Below, piece after piece: positions 20,831-30,717 of a stretch of DNA of 64,000 nucleotides. The position numbers and the translations under genes are program-made. The notes beneath the pieces are model-generated. The model was not told the DNA's origin. It did not search any database and was given only the letters and a program-made list of their open reading frames with translations. The stretch is from an uncultured Gemmatimonadaceae bacterium (lineage in GTDB: Bacteria; Gemmatimonadota; Gemmatimonadetes; Gemmatimonadales; Gemmatimonadaceae): NCBI GenBank assembly GCA_963751275.1, contig CAVVTZ010000014.1:69940-133939 (forward strand), written 5' to 3'. How positions within the stretch are numbered: position 1 is the first letter of the stretch; the number at the start of each line of letters is the position of its first letter.

Positions 20831-21649
20831 CTAGGCCTTCCAGTCCACCTCGTGCAATTCGACCGCCTCGGGAAATCCCTTCAGCTGAACATCGCCGTGC
20901 TTGTTGAAGGTGAACGCCTTCCCGCTGCTCAACTCGCGCACCACGCGCGAGGCGAGGATCTGCCCCGGCGCCGCGGCCGCGCAGATCCGCGCGGTCTCGT
21001 TCACAGCCGCACCGAACAAGGCTTGGCCATCCACGATCGGCTCTCCCGCCCCGAGCCCGATGCGCACCTCGATGTTCACGCTGCTCTGGTCCTTCGAATT
21101 GTACTCCTGGAACGTCCGCTGGATCGCCACGGCGCACGCCACGGCCTGCGACACCGACGCGAACGAGATGAGGAAACCGTCTCCGGCGCGGTCGATCTCT
21201 CGGCCCGAATGCTTCACCAATGCGCCGCGCACGATCTCGTTGTGCTTCGCCGCGATTGAGCGCGCCTCCGCATCGCCCAGCTTCGTCGTGATGTGCGTCG
21301 AGTCCGCCATGTCAGTGAACATGATCGCGCGGAATCCGGTCTCATTGATCGGCGTCGCCGCCGCGTTCGCCGGATCGGTGACGCGTCCGAGGAACCCCGC
21401 GACGGTCGCCGCATCCACCTCCACGATCAGGTTCGGGATGAGTCCGTGCGCCTCCTTGTGCATGGCGCGTACCGCGGCCTCGGTGGGCGCCTCGATCAAA
21501 CAGAACGCCGTGCCGCGCTGCTCATCGAACCAGTACGTCAGCCCCTTGCACGCGTGCTGCCCCTGGATCGCCAGATCCTTCTGGTGGGCGGCTGCGACGT
21601 CCTCGGCGGTGGCGTCACGAATGTCATGGCGGTCCATGTACAGCGGCAT
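20831..21649 (-). CDS. DUF4242 (SCO4226-like) domain fused to class III nucleotide cyclase
   Basis: MPLYMDRH...AAAHQKD...FCLIEAP...HKEAHG; FTD, GDG, VNETAR. Confidence 0.88.
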   Translation of the reverse strand: MPLYMDRHDIRDATAEDVAAAHQKDLAIQGQHACKGLTYWFDEQRGTAFCLIEAPTEAAVRAMHKEAHGLIPNLIVEVDAATVAGFLGRVTDPANAAATPINETGFRAIMFTDMADSTHITTKLGDAEARSIAAKHNEIVRGALVKHSGREIDRAGDGFLISFASVSQAVACAVAIQRTFQEYNSKDQSSVNIEVRIGLGAGEPIVDGQALFGAAVNETARICAAAAPGQILASRVVRELSSGKAFTFNKHGDVQLKGFPEAVELHEVDWKA

Positions 21650-21680
21650 GCAGGATTCTCCATTGTGTCGAGATGACCGG

Positions 21681-22277
21681 TCAGCGCGCGTGCCGCGCCA
21701 GCCGCGCGAGCAGATGCCGCTGCACGTCGCGCCACTCCGTGGCAAGGATGCTGAACATCACGCTGTCACGCACGGTGCCGTCGCGGCGCATTTGATGGTG
21801 GCGGATCACGCCGTCCAGTCTCGCGCCGAGTGCGGCGATCGCGTGCTGCGAATTGAGGTTCAGGATGTCGGTGCGCAGCGCCACCACCCCGCAGCCCAGC
21901 GTCTCGAACGCGTGGCCGAGCAGCAGCAGCTTGCACGCGGTGTTCACATGGGTCCGTTGCCAGCGCTTCGCGTACCACGTGTAGCCGATCTCGACGCGAT
22001 CGATCGGCGCGACGATGTCGTGATAGCGCGTGCTGCCGACGATCGTGTTCGTCGCGAGTTCGCGCACGGCCCACGGCAGCATGTGCCCCGCATGCTGGCC
22101 GGCGAGCGCGTCGGCGATGTACTTGGCGGTCAGGTCCGGCTCGGGCACGGCGGTGTACCGAAGCTCCCAGAGGCGGCCATCGGCCACGGCCGCCCGCAGC
22201 GCCGGCTCATGCGCGGCCGTGAGCGGCTCGAGACGAACGCCGTGGCCTTCGAGGGTGATCGGGGCGAGGGTGATCAA
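21681..22277 (-). CDS. GNAT N-acetyltransferase (RimJ/RimL-like)
   Basis: GSTRY...EIGYTW...TACKLLLL...RDSVMFSI; TTG start inferred. Confidence 0.9.
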   Translation of the reverse strand: MITLAPITLEGHGVRLEPLTAAHEPALRAAVADGRLWELRYTAVPEPDLTAKYIADALAGQHAGHMLPWAVRELATNTIVGSTRYHDIVAPIDRVEIGYTWYAKRWQRTHVNTACKLLLLGHAFETLGCGVVALRTDILNLNSQHAIAALGARLDGVIRHHQMRRDGTVRDSVMFSILATEWRDVQRHLLARLARHAR

Positions 22278-22312
22278 GGTGCTCGCGAACTCCAGGAAGG
22301 GCGTGAGACGAA

Positions 22313-22534
22313 ACCCGAACTCCGTGATTCGTACCCCGAACACCGTGAGGCGCGAGGCGTGCGACGAACGGACTGGACTGCGTCAATAGCACCCTGAACG
22401 CCGTGAGTGCACTCACAACTTACGGAGTTCGGGGCGCGACGCACGGGGTGCGGGGTTCGACTCACGCTCCACAGTCCGTTCGTCGCACGCCTCACGCCTC
22501 ACGGTGTTCGGGGTACGCCTCACGGAGTTCGGGT
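22313..22534. repeat. 222-bp inverted repeat with 7/21-bp periodic arms
   Basis: Arms 22313-22375 and 22472-22534 match at 60/63. Confidence 0.9.
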
Positions 22535-22556
22535 CGCCACGAACGCAGTTGTGACT

Positions 22557-25457
22557 CTAGGGCTTCTTCGCCCCGCCGCCGCTCGAACTCCCGAGGTGAT
22601 CCCAGTTGGCCATCGCGTTCAAGACCATTGCGAACGTCCCCTGTGATTCCCAGCGCCACAATGGCCGGATCGCGAAGAGCACGACGTTCCCCTTCCCCAC
22701 CGGCGCGTCGATCACGGCCGCCTTGCCGATGAGTTCGCCGCCTCCCGCGAGCAGTCCCGAGAGCAGCAACGAATCCGCCCGTGGATGGAATCGCAGGATC
22801 ACCTTCGCGCGCTGGGCTTCGATGTCCTTCAGCACCATCGAGTCCACGTTGACATTGCTCGCCAGCGTGTCACGCGTGGCCACCGCCAGCACCGGCGCGC
22901 CGCCGAAATACACCGGGAAACTCGGCGCGTCGTCGTAGCCATAGAGAATGGGACTCGTCCTTGTCACCTGCTGCGCGCGGAGAATGGAGCCCTGCGCGCG
23001 CAGCCCGTGTGCGTCGGCCGCCTGCACGGTGGGATTGAAGCCGAGCGCGATGACGAATGAGCTCGTGCCACCTTCCGTGATGAGCAAGCCGCCGCGTTCC
23101 ACGAACTGCCGCAGCGCGTTCGCGCCCGCGAGTCCCATGCCGCCGCGGATGTCGTCGGTCTCGTCCCAGAGGTTCAGGTTCGGCGTGAGCGCCGATTTCT
23201 TCCATGGCACCGGCGGGCCGATCATCGGGCGGCCGTTCAGGATCGTGCTCGGTGAACCGTTCACGTGCGGAAAGACCACGACGTCGAACTTGTCGAGCGC
23301 GCCCGGCTTGCGCAGCGACTGGTCCGACAGGTAGGTGTACGGGATCCCCATCTGGTCGAAGGCGAAGCGCACCCAGCCTTCGTTCTGCGTCTCGAGCCAG
23401 GTGTGCACCACCGCGATGCGCGGCACCGTGATCGGAAAGCGACCCGCTGAAACCGACTGCTTCGTGACGACGCCGCTCAGTCCCATCGCTGCCATGGCGT
23501 TGATGCGCGCGTTCGTTGCGTTCGCCACGAGGAAGGTGCCCGCCGGGAACTGCTGACCGCCCACGATGAACGGCGCTTCGGCCACCGTCACCGCACCGCC
23601 CGCTTTCCACGGCAGCGCCGCCGCGCGCCAGTCGCCCGTGTTGCGGATGATCATCATGCCGCCGGCGCCGCCGGAATCCACTGCGATCATTCCCTTGGCT
23701 GCGGCGTCCGCCGCGAGCGGCGTCATCTCCTTCGCAAGCACCGCCGAGTCGCCAATGGGATACGCGATCACGTGGCGCAGCAGGTCGAGCGTCCAGCCCG
23801 TGTCGTCGTACGGCGGCGGCTCGTTACTCCCGTACCGCTGCATCGCGAGCAGCGTGCGCACCGTGCCGGTATTCGGCTGGTCCATGCGCACGATCCAGTC
23901 GCCCTTGTGCACGGCGACCTCCTTCGGCTTGCCGCCCATCTTGTGCATGCTGTCGGCGCGCGCACTGTCGGCCGGCAACATTGGCGGCGGAGCGGGCTCG
24001 GTGGGCTTGAGGTTGCTCCCGACTTCCACGGGACGCGGCGCGTCGAACGTGGTGAAGTCCGCGCTCGCGACATCCACCACGGTGCCTTGCGCACGGAACA
24101 AGTTCACGAGCGCCGCCGCTTCGCCCGCGTGGCGCTGATCGTGCGGGATCACATAGGCGTACGGTGCGCTCGTGCGGCCGCGATGGATCATGCGGTCGAC
24201 CTTCGCCGCGTAGTTCGTGAGGAACACCTGCCGGTTGTCCGCCACATAGCGCAGCGCGATCAGCACCCCCGACTGCTGGTAATTGATGTTCGTGCGGATG
24301 CACCACTTCACGCCGTTCACCGGCGGATTCATCCGGTCCCACTCCTTCTGCACGGCCGCGGTGGGGAGATGCACGGTGTGACACTCGGCGCCCATCGACG
24401 TGTACGTCTCGTAGAAGCGCCCGATGGAATTGTGCAGGCTCGCCACCGAGAGGATCGTGTAGTTCGGCGCCCATCCATCGTAGAAGCCGTGCGTCCACAC
24501 CCCCGGCAGCCCGCGGCGCGTGAGCTCGGTCATCTCCTGGTACGCCAGCGTGTGCAGCTCGTCGGTGAGGATCGCGTCGAACTCATCGTTGTACGGTCCG
24601 GTGCCGGTGCTCGTGTACAGGAAGGGCACCGACTCGTGCAGGTCGTGCGCAACAGTGGGATGCCACGCGAGGAAGACCTTCACCACGTTCTGCGTGAGCT
24701 TCTGCGACAGCACCATCGCGTCGCGATTGTTGTCGTGCGCGGTGTACTTCCCCCAATAGATGAGCGGCACCGGACCCGCCTGCAGCGCGCGCGACTCGGC
24801 GAAAGCATCCACCTCGCGGTCGCGACCGTCGGTCTCGAGCACGGGCGTGATGAGCGTGATCACGCCGGCGCGGATCGCCTTGATGTGATCGGACTCGTCC
24901 ACGGCGAGACGGTACGCCAGCTCCATCAGCATCTCGGGGCTGCCCGTCTCCGGCGAATGGATCGATCCCGTGAGCCAGTACACCGGCTTCGCTTCGGCGA
25001 TGAGCTTCGCGCGATCGGCGGCGCTCAGCCCTCGCGTGTCGGAGAGCTGCGCGAGCTTCGCGCGATAGTCATCGATGTGCGCGATCGTCGCCGAGTCGCC
25101 GATGGCGACGGCGAGCATCTCGCGCCCCTCGTCGCTCAGGCCGGCGGAGTAGAGTTTCACGCGTGGCGACGCCGCGGCGAGCGCGCGGAAGTATTTGTTG
25201 ATGTCCGCGACGTGCGAGAGCCTGCCCACCGTGCCCGGGACGTAGCCCAGCACCTTGAGCGGCGTGGGCACCGTGGCCGACGCCGGCAGGTAGTTCACCA
25301 GTTCAGTGGTGAACATCCACTTGGGATCGGTGGGGGTGAGCTGCCTGATCTGGGCGGTGTACGCCGAGTCGATCGGCTGTTGCGCGACGGCTGTCGCGGC
25401 GATGCAGAGAGCGGCGAGCGTCAGCCGCGGCTTGAGCCCGAAGAGGTGTGAGCGCAT
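22557..25457 (-). CDS. M14 family zinc carboxypeptidase
   Basis: SIHSPE, DNNRD, HDLHE; signal peptide; C-terminal GATase-like region. Confidence 0.9.
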   Translation of the reverse strand: MRSHLFGLKPRLTLAALCIAATAVAQQPIDSAYTAQIRQLTPTDPKWMFTTELVNYLPASATVPTPLKVLGYVPGTVGRLSHVADINKYFRALAAASPRVKLYSAGLSDEGREMLAVAIGDSATIAHIDDYRAKLAQLSDTRGLSAADRAKLIAEAKPVYWLTGSIHSPETGSPEMLMELAYRLAVDESDHIKAIRAGVITLITPVLETDGRDREVDAFAESRALQAGPVPLIYWGKYTAHDNNRDAMVLSQKLTQNVVKVFLAWHPTVAHDLHESVPFLYTSTGTGPYNDEFDAILTDELHTLAYQEMTELTRRGLPGVWTHGFYDGWAPNYTILSVASLHNSIGRFYETYTSMGAECHTVHLPTAAVQKEWDRMNPPVNGVKWCIRTNINYQQSGVLIALRYVADNRQVFLTNYAAKVDRMIHRGRTSAPYAYVIPHDQRHAGEAAALVNLFRAQGTVVDVASADFTTFDAPRPVEVGSNLKPTEPAPPPMLPADSARADSMHKMGGKPKEVAVHKGDWIVRMDQPNTGTVRTLLAMQRYGSNEPPPYDDTGWTLDLLRHVIAYPIGDSAVLAKEMTPLAADAAAKGMIAVDSGGAGGMMIIRNTGDWRAAALPWKAGGAVTVAEAPFIVGGQQFPAGTFLVANATNARINAMAAMGLSGVVTKQSVSAGRFPITVPRIAVVHTWLETQNEGWVRFAFDQMGIPYTYLSDQSLRKPGALDKFDVVVFPHVNGSPSTILNGRPMIGPPVPWKKSALTPNLNLWDETDDIRGGMGLAGANALRQFVERGGLLITEGGTSSFVIALGFNPTVQAADAHGLRAQGSILRAQQVTRTSPILYGYDDAPSFPVYFGGAPVLAVATRDTLASNVNVDSMVLKDIEAQRAKVILRFHPRADSLLLSGLLAGGGELIGKAAVIDAPVGKGNVVLFAIRPLWRWESQGTFAMVLNAMANWDHLGSSSGGGAKKP

Positions 25458-25508
25458 GGCGCTGAAACTACGGCCTGAGCGCGTCCAGCGGAACGGCGAC
25501 AGCCAGAT

Positions 25509-25585
25509 CGGGAACGGGAAACGGGAAACGGGAAACGGGAGGGAGTAGTGACCACTCCCTCCCGCCTTCCGTTTCCCCTTTCTCC
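25509..25585. repeat. (CGGGAAA)n hairpin, copy 1
   Basis: 7-bp repeats around core GGGAGGGAGTAGTGACCACTCCCTCCC. Confidence 0.9.
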
Positions 25586-25650
25586 TACTCTGCGTCGCTC
25601 GTTGTCAGAGCGCCCGCGACACATTCGGAGTGTTCGCCCCGACCGACCAG

Positions 25651-26043
25651 TCATTCCGTCGTCTTCCCGTCGAAGTGCTCTTTGTCGGCCTCGGCGGCGG
25701 CGCGGGTGTGGTGATGGACGCCGTCGCGATGATTGGGCGGCGCGTAGAGCGTATAGAGCTTCAACGGTCCGGCGCCGGTATTGATGATGTTGTGGTTCGT
25801 TCCGGCCGGCACGAGCACCGCGAAACCCGGCTTGATCGGCGTCCGAACACCATCCAGCACCGCCTCGCCACTCCCCTCCTCCACGCGGAAGAACTGGTCG
25901 AGCGTGTGGACCTCCGCTCCGATCTCCTCTTTGGGCTTGAGTGCCATTAGAACGAGTTGGCAGTTCTTCGCCGTGTACAGCACGCGGCGAAAGTCGGAAT
26001 TCTTGACCGCAAGACCCTCGATGTCCTTCACGAAGCCTTTCAT
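25651..26043 (-). CDS. Cupin domain protein
   Basis: EIGAEVH..DQFFRVEEG...VPAGTNHN...YAPPNH; GGAGG RBS. Confidence 0.92.
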   Translation of the reverse strand: MKGFVKDIEGLAVKNSDFRRVLYTAKNCQLVLMALKPKEEIGAEVHTLDQFFRVEEGSGEAVLDGVRTPIKPGFAVLVPAGTNHNIINTGAGPLKLYTLYAPPNHRDGVHHHTRAAAEADKEHFDGKTTE

Positions 26044-26168
26044 GTTGCCTCCTGTGCGCGGAACGTGTGCACTGCCCTCCCAATATCCGGCACGCACGAT
26101 CCGTAGGGAGTCAGGGAATCTCCCTGCACGCGAAGGGCGGAGCAGCCTACGGCGAATCGCGGAAGCCA

Positions 26169-26243
26169 AAGGGGAAACGGGAGACGGGAAACGGGAGGGA
26201 GTAGCGACCACTCCCTCCCGTTTCCCGTTTCCCGTTTCCCCTT
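26169..26243. repeat. (CGGGAAA)n hairpin, copy 2
   Basis: Same core GGGAGGGAGTAGCGACCACTCCCTCCC with near-perfect arms. Confidence 0.9.
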
Positions 26244-26267
26244 CGTCGCGACCGTCTCCTGCAGTAT

Positions 26268-26894
26268 TTAGTGCTTGTACCCGATCGTGACGCCGATCTG
26301 CAGGAGCTGCGCGTTGGAAGTCGTCTTCTCGCCGGCAAAGTCTCCGCCGAACGCACCGGTGCCGGTGAGGTTCAGCCAGCTGATCGAGGGACTGATCGCG
26401 AGCTTGCCGCCGGACGTCATGATGTCCTTACCCAGCGCGACGCCCCACGCGAAGCCACCGCCGGATCCCGAGCTGCCTTCAGCGCTCAGCCCTTCCGTCC
26501 CGTAGCCGATGTTCAGCTTGAGCCAGACGGCCTCGGTGAGTGTGTTCTTCTCGCTCGTGGGGTAGAACGTGATCGCGCCGGTGATGAACTGGGTCGTGCT
26601 CTTGAGACCGCTGAATCCGGAGAAGTCGTTCTTCACGAAGTAGTCGTACTGTGCGCCGATCCGCACCATGTTGTTCTTCAGCCCGAATCCGACGCCGGCC
26701 GTGTAGCCGATGTCACTCGATTTGCCCGTGGTCGTGGGGCCATCGGCCACGTTGATCGTGATGGACGGCCACGTATAGTTCACGCCGACATCCGCGTATA
26801 GGCCCTGACGCTCCGACACTTCTTGTGCGCGCAGCCCCGTGGCCGAAACGGCCGTGAGAGCCGCGATCATCATCAGAACACTCGTCTTCCGCAT
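26268..26894 (-). CDS. Outer-membrane beta-barrel protein
   Basis: Signal peptide, alternating beta strands, C-terminal QIGVTIGYKH; GGAGG RBS. Confidence 0.75.
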   Translation of the reverse strand: MRKTSVLMMIAALTAVSATGLRAQEVSERQGLYADVGVNYTWPSITINVADGPTTTGKSSDIGYTAGVGFGLKNNMVRIGAQYDYFVKNDFSGFSGLKSTTQFITGAITFYPTSEKNTLTEAVWLKLNIGYGTEGLSAEGSSGSGGGFAWGVALGKDIMTSGGKLAISPSISWLNLTGTGAFGGDFAGEKTTSNAQLLQIGVTIGYKH

Positions 26895-27118
26895 GCTGCC
26901 TCCATTGGAGAATGTGCGCCACGGCGATCGGTGACGGCACATTCGAACGGGAATCTCGCACGACGCGTGCGAGTGGAGGTAGGATGCGCGCGATATCGGC
27001 CGGCAACAGTCGGGAGATGTCCCAAGGAGCGGTCGGGCGATACCCGTCTCCCGCTGCGGCCGCTTGGTGTACCACACGCTCAGTCGCTCCACGCGCCCCT
27101 CAGGGCGCGGACTCGGCC

Positions 27119-27559
27119 CTAGCTACGGACTCTGGGCGACGAGATGACGAACCGGAACCCGTCCGGGTCGAGAACGCTGAATGTGCGCGTCCCGTACCGG
27201 TCTTCGGGTTTCGATGCGAGCTTCGCGCCGCGCTTCTCGATCCGCGCCGCGAGCGCGTCGATGTCCTGCGTCGTCGTGAATTGCACCGACATCCCCTGCC
27301 CCTTCTTGCGGTCCTTTCCTTTCACGAAGTCATCCTGGCCGATGACGACGCGCACCGCCCCCGCCTTGAGCGCCACGGCCTGCAGCCGGCCCTCGCGCTC
27401 GTATTTCTCATCCACGACGAAGCCGAGGACATTGCGATACCACGTGAGACTCTTCTGGATGTCGTTCACGGTGAACGATGCCTGCAGCGTGCTGGCGCGG
27501 AACGTTTCCGGCTGCGCGCGCTCTCGGCCGCCGGCTGGTACTGGTGACTTGTCGCTCAT
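27119..27559 (-). CDS. VOC/glyoxalase family protein
   Basis: SLTWYRNVLGF...DPDGFR. Confidence 0.85.
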   Translation of the reverse strand: MSDKSPVPAGGRERAQPETFRASTLQASFTVNDIQKSLTWYRNVLGFVVDEKYEREGRLQAVALKAGAVRVVIGQDDFVKGKDRKKGQGMSVQFTTTQDIDALAARIEKRGAKLASKPEDRYGTRTFSVLDPDGFRFVISSPRVRS

Positions 27560-27638
27560 CGATCTCCGGAAGTGATGTGTTGACCGCGATCCGCGGTGAC
27601 GAACGGTAGCACCGCCGGGGCGATTCTGGAACGCCCGC

Positions 27639-28052
27639 CTACTCCGCCGGCGCGGCCGGACGGATCGCCCGCACCACCGCCCATACAATGATGGCGGCCA
27701 CCATCACGGCGCCGAATCCGAACGCGGTGCGGCACACCATGCCCCGCGCCGCGGTGCTCACGAACGGCAGCGACACGCTGCACGCACGCGGGCCCGGCCA
27801 GAACGCGATCCACAGCGCGGGCAGCCCCATCGCCGCCATGCACGCGATGGCGAGCCACGCCTGCAGCTTCGAATCCTTGGCCGAGGCCGCGACGATCGAG
27901 AGGCCGGCGAACAGGAACGCGCCGCAGGCTGCGTACACCACCCACCCCGGCGCCTCGCGCCCTTCGGGGCGCAGGTACACCATCGCGCCTAGGGCCACGC
28001 CAATGAGCGCGACGAACCATCCCGTGCGCGCGGTCGGCCGCTGATCAACCAT
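27639..28052 (-). CDS. Hypothetical membrane protein
   Basis: Four hydrophobic segments. Confidence 0.65.
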   Translation of the reverse strand: MVDQRPTARTGWFVALIGVALGAMVYLRPEGREAPGWVVYAACGAFLFAGLSIVAASAKDSKLQAWLAIACMAAMGLPALWIAFWPGPRACSVSLPFVSTAARGMVCRTAFGFGAVMVAAIIVWAVVRAIRPAAPAE

Positions 28053-28800
28053 GTGTCACCACCTTGGCGAAGGATGTCGCGAGCAAGAGCGCGCCGAGAC
28101 CCACCAGCAGCGCGCCGAGCACGCGGCGATACACCGGCGCCGGGATCCGCGCGAGGACCGGCACGCCGAGGAGCGTGCCCGCCACGACGCCGGCGCACAT
28201 CACGAGCACGATCCGCGCGCCGGCCGCGATCGCCGCGCCGGAATGTCATGACGTAGATCGGAACGCGGGTCGCATCCACGAGGATCGCGGACGCGGTGGC
28301 CGTCGCGACGAGCTGTGCCCCGGTGAGATCGAAACCGAGCAGCGCCGCCGCGCGAATGCCGCCTTGATTCCCGACGAGTCCGCCGAAGGCGCCCGAGAGC
28401 GTGCCGCCCGAGAGTCGCCAGAAGGGCGTGTTCGGGATCGGCAGCCGCCGCTGCGCCAGCTCCGCGCCGCCGGCGAGAATGAGCAGCGCGCCCAGGATCA
28501 CGGAGAGCACCGGGCTGCCGAGCCGAGTTTGGAGCGCGGCGCCCGCGAGTCCGCCGATCGCGCTGGCGATGCCGAACTGGCGAAAGGTGGGCCAGTCGAT
28601 GTCGCGGCGCAGCCGCGTGAGGCGCAGCCCGGTGGCGAGCACGTGCGGGATGGCGACGAGCGCGACCGCTTCCGCCGTGGCCATCGAGAGCATGAGCAGC
28701 GGCGTGAGGAGACTGCCAATGCCGAAGCCCGACACGGCCGCCACGGCGCCCGCGAGCACCGCGACGGCGCCGATGATCCACGGAGAGGAGGCGATCTCAG
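28045..28800 (-). CDS. TauE/SafE sulfite exporter family (frameshifted, start uncertain)
   Basis: SGFGIGSLLTP, GGLVGNQGG motifs; multiple TM helices. Confidence 0.8.
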
Positions 28801-28838
28801 TTACCGGTGAGTGGGTGGAATTACAACGGGCGAGCGTG

Positions 28839-28886
28839 GAACCCCGGAACCACGTTACTGGTCCCACGGACGTAGTTCCGGGGTTT
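28839..28886 (-). terminator. Hairpin directly after MBL hydrolase stop
   Basis: AACCCCGGAAC.ACGT...ACGT.GTTCCGGGGTT stem; weak U-tract. Confidence 0.45.
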
Positions 28887-29825
28887 TCAGATCTCCATGA
28901 GATCACGTCCGACGATGATCTCCCCAGAAAAATACGGTCGCGCGGCGTCGATCCACATCTGTTCGGTGATCGCCGGATCATCCGACGGCGCCAAGTGCGA
29001 CAGCACGAGCGTCTTCACGCCGGCCGCTGCGGCCACCCGCCCGCAGTCCTCGACGGACGTGTGGCTGTTGAGCATATGCTGCTTGAGCATTGCCGCATTC
29101 GGCTGGGAACCGAACATCCAGTCCACGGCCGGCACCCACAGCGCCTCGTGCACCAGCACGTCCGCGCCCCGCGCCAACTTCTCGAGGTTGCCGGACCGGA
29201 TCGTGTCGCCCGAGATGACGATGCTCCGGTCGGCGCTGTCGAAGCGGTAGGCGAACGCCGGCGCCATCGGTGGATGGTCCACCAGCGTGCAGGTCACCTT
29301 GACGTTCTCATCCTTCATGACGAGCCCCGCGCCGGTCACGTCGTGCGCGTGGATGAGCGGCGGGAGCGGCGGGATCCCCTGATCGGCCACGCGGACATCG
29401 ATGTCGGGCGCGCTCATCTCCAGGAACAGTTGGGTGATCCGCTCGAGCGGCGGCGGGCCCCAGGTGTCCACGCGCGTGCGCAGGCCGCTCACCCAAGCGA
29501 GCAGCAACAGGTTGCCGTAGTCGGCGTTGTGATCCGAATGATGGTGCGTGATGAACACGTTCCGCAGCTGCGCCAGCGGCACGCCCGCGATCACGAGCTG
29601 GCGTGCGACGCCGTCGCCGCAGTCCACTACATACGGCACGTCGTTGACAATGATCACCTGCGACGACGAGTAGCGCCCTTTCCTCGGCCGCGGGCCACCG
29701 CCCGTCCCTAAGAGGACCAATCGTGTCTTCGGGCCACGCGCGAATCTCCAGCGTGGAAGCCACGCCGTCGCGGCCAGGCCCGCGGCGACGCCGAGGAATT
29801 CCCGGCGATCGATCTCTGGAGGCAT
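28887..29825 (-). CDS. Tat-exported MBL-fold hydrolase (RNase Z-like)
   Basis: RREFL Tat motif; THHHSDH; SGDT; LSHL. Confidence 0.9.
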   Translation of the reverse strand: MPPEIDRREFLGVAAGLAATAWLPRWRFARGPKTRLVLLGTGGGPRPRKGRYSSSQVIIVNDVPYVVDCGDGVARQLVIAGVPLAQLRNVFITHHHSDHNADYGNLLLLAWVSGLRTRVDTWGPPPLERITQLFLEMSAPDIDVRVADQGIPPLPPLIHAHDVTGAGLVMKDENVKVTCTLVDHPPMAPAFAYRFDSADRSIVISGDTIRSGNLEKLARGADVLVHEALWVPAVDWMFGSQPNAAMLKQHMLNSHTSVEDCGRVAAAAGVKTLVLSHLAPSDDPAITEQMWIDAARPYFSGEIIVGRDLMEI

Positions 29826-29860
29826 GTGATGCTCCCGGCCGGAGTGACGGAGCGATCTCT

Positions 29861-30499
29861 TCAGGACAGCACTTTGTATGCGTGCACCCAATCGTTCCGC
29901 AGGAATCCCGGAATGCACCACAACATGCAGAGCGGTTCGATCGCGCGCGCCGCTTCGGCCTTGCCCAGGTCCGAAGTCTCCCAGCCGAACTGATCGAGGA
30001 TGCCGGTGACCGTCTTCCGCGCGGCCTCATCGTTGCCGCAGATGAACATCGTCGGCTTCCCGCCCTTGAATTGCGGATCCACCATGGCCGAACTGCCCAC
30101 TGAGTTGAACGCCTTCACGAAACGCGCGTCCGGATGGCTCCTCTGCAGGCGCTCGAGGAGCGAGTCGTCGAGGCTCGTGAAGTACTTGAGCACGCCGTTC
30201 ACCGGCGGCGCCGGGGCGATAGGATTGGTCGTGTCGATCACGACCTTGCCCGCGAGGTTCGCCTTGCCGGCCAGCTTCAGCGCCTCGTCGGCGGCGGTGC
30301 CCTTCACCGCCAGCACGAGCATCTCGCCGAACTGCGCGGCGTCGGCGAATGTTCCCGTCTTTGCTGCTGGATTCTTCTTCACCCACTCGGCGAGCTTCGC
30401 CGGCGTGCGACTGCCGAGCATCACCGCGTGACCATGCTTCAGGAAACCGGCGCCGAGCACCTGCGCAACTTCGCCTGAACCGAGAATGCCGACTTTCAT
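29861..30499 (-). CDS. NADPH-dependent F420 reductase-like oxidoreductase
   Basis: GILGSG Rossmann, IDTTNP, VKAFN. Confidence 0.9.
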   Translation of the reverse strand: MKVGILGSGEVAQVLGAGFLKHGHAVMLGSRTPAKLAEWVKKNPAAKTGTFADAAQFGEMLVLAVKGTAADEALKLAGKANLAGKVVIDTTNPIAPAPPVNGVLKYFTSLDDSLLERLQRSHPDARFVKAFNSVGSSAMVDPQFKGGKPTMFICGNDEAARKTVTGILDQFGWETSDLGKAEAARAIEPLCMLWCIPGFLRNDWVHAYKVLS

Positions 30500-30530
30500 G
30501 GGGCACCTGCCTTGTCAGTAGGTCGTAGTG

Positions 30531-30616
30531 TCCTGTCCATCATGTTCATCCTGTCAAAAGTAGTACGGGGACGCGAGTGGGAGGAACATTTGACAGGATG
30601 AACATGATGGACTGGA
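30531..30616. repeat. Inverted repeat, 9-bp periodic family, reversed arm order
   Basis: TCCTGTCCATCATGTTCATCCTGTCAAA...TTTGACAGGATGAACATGATGGACTGGA, 27/28. Confidence 0.9.
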
Positions 30617-30717
30617 TGACGGCCACTGCACGGCGAGTGTGACACCGCGGACGGCGAGTGTACCGACGCTGACGGCGCCTGTGATCGTTGACGTGTGGCA
30701 ACGTCACCGTCGAGGTC

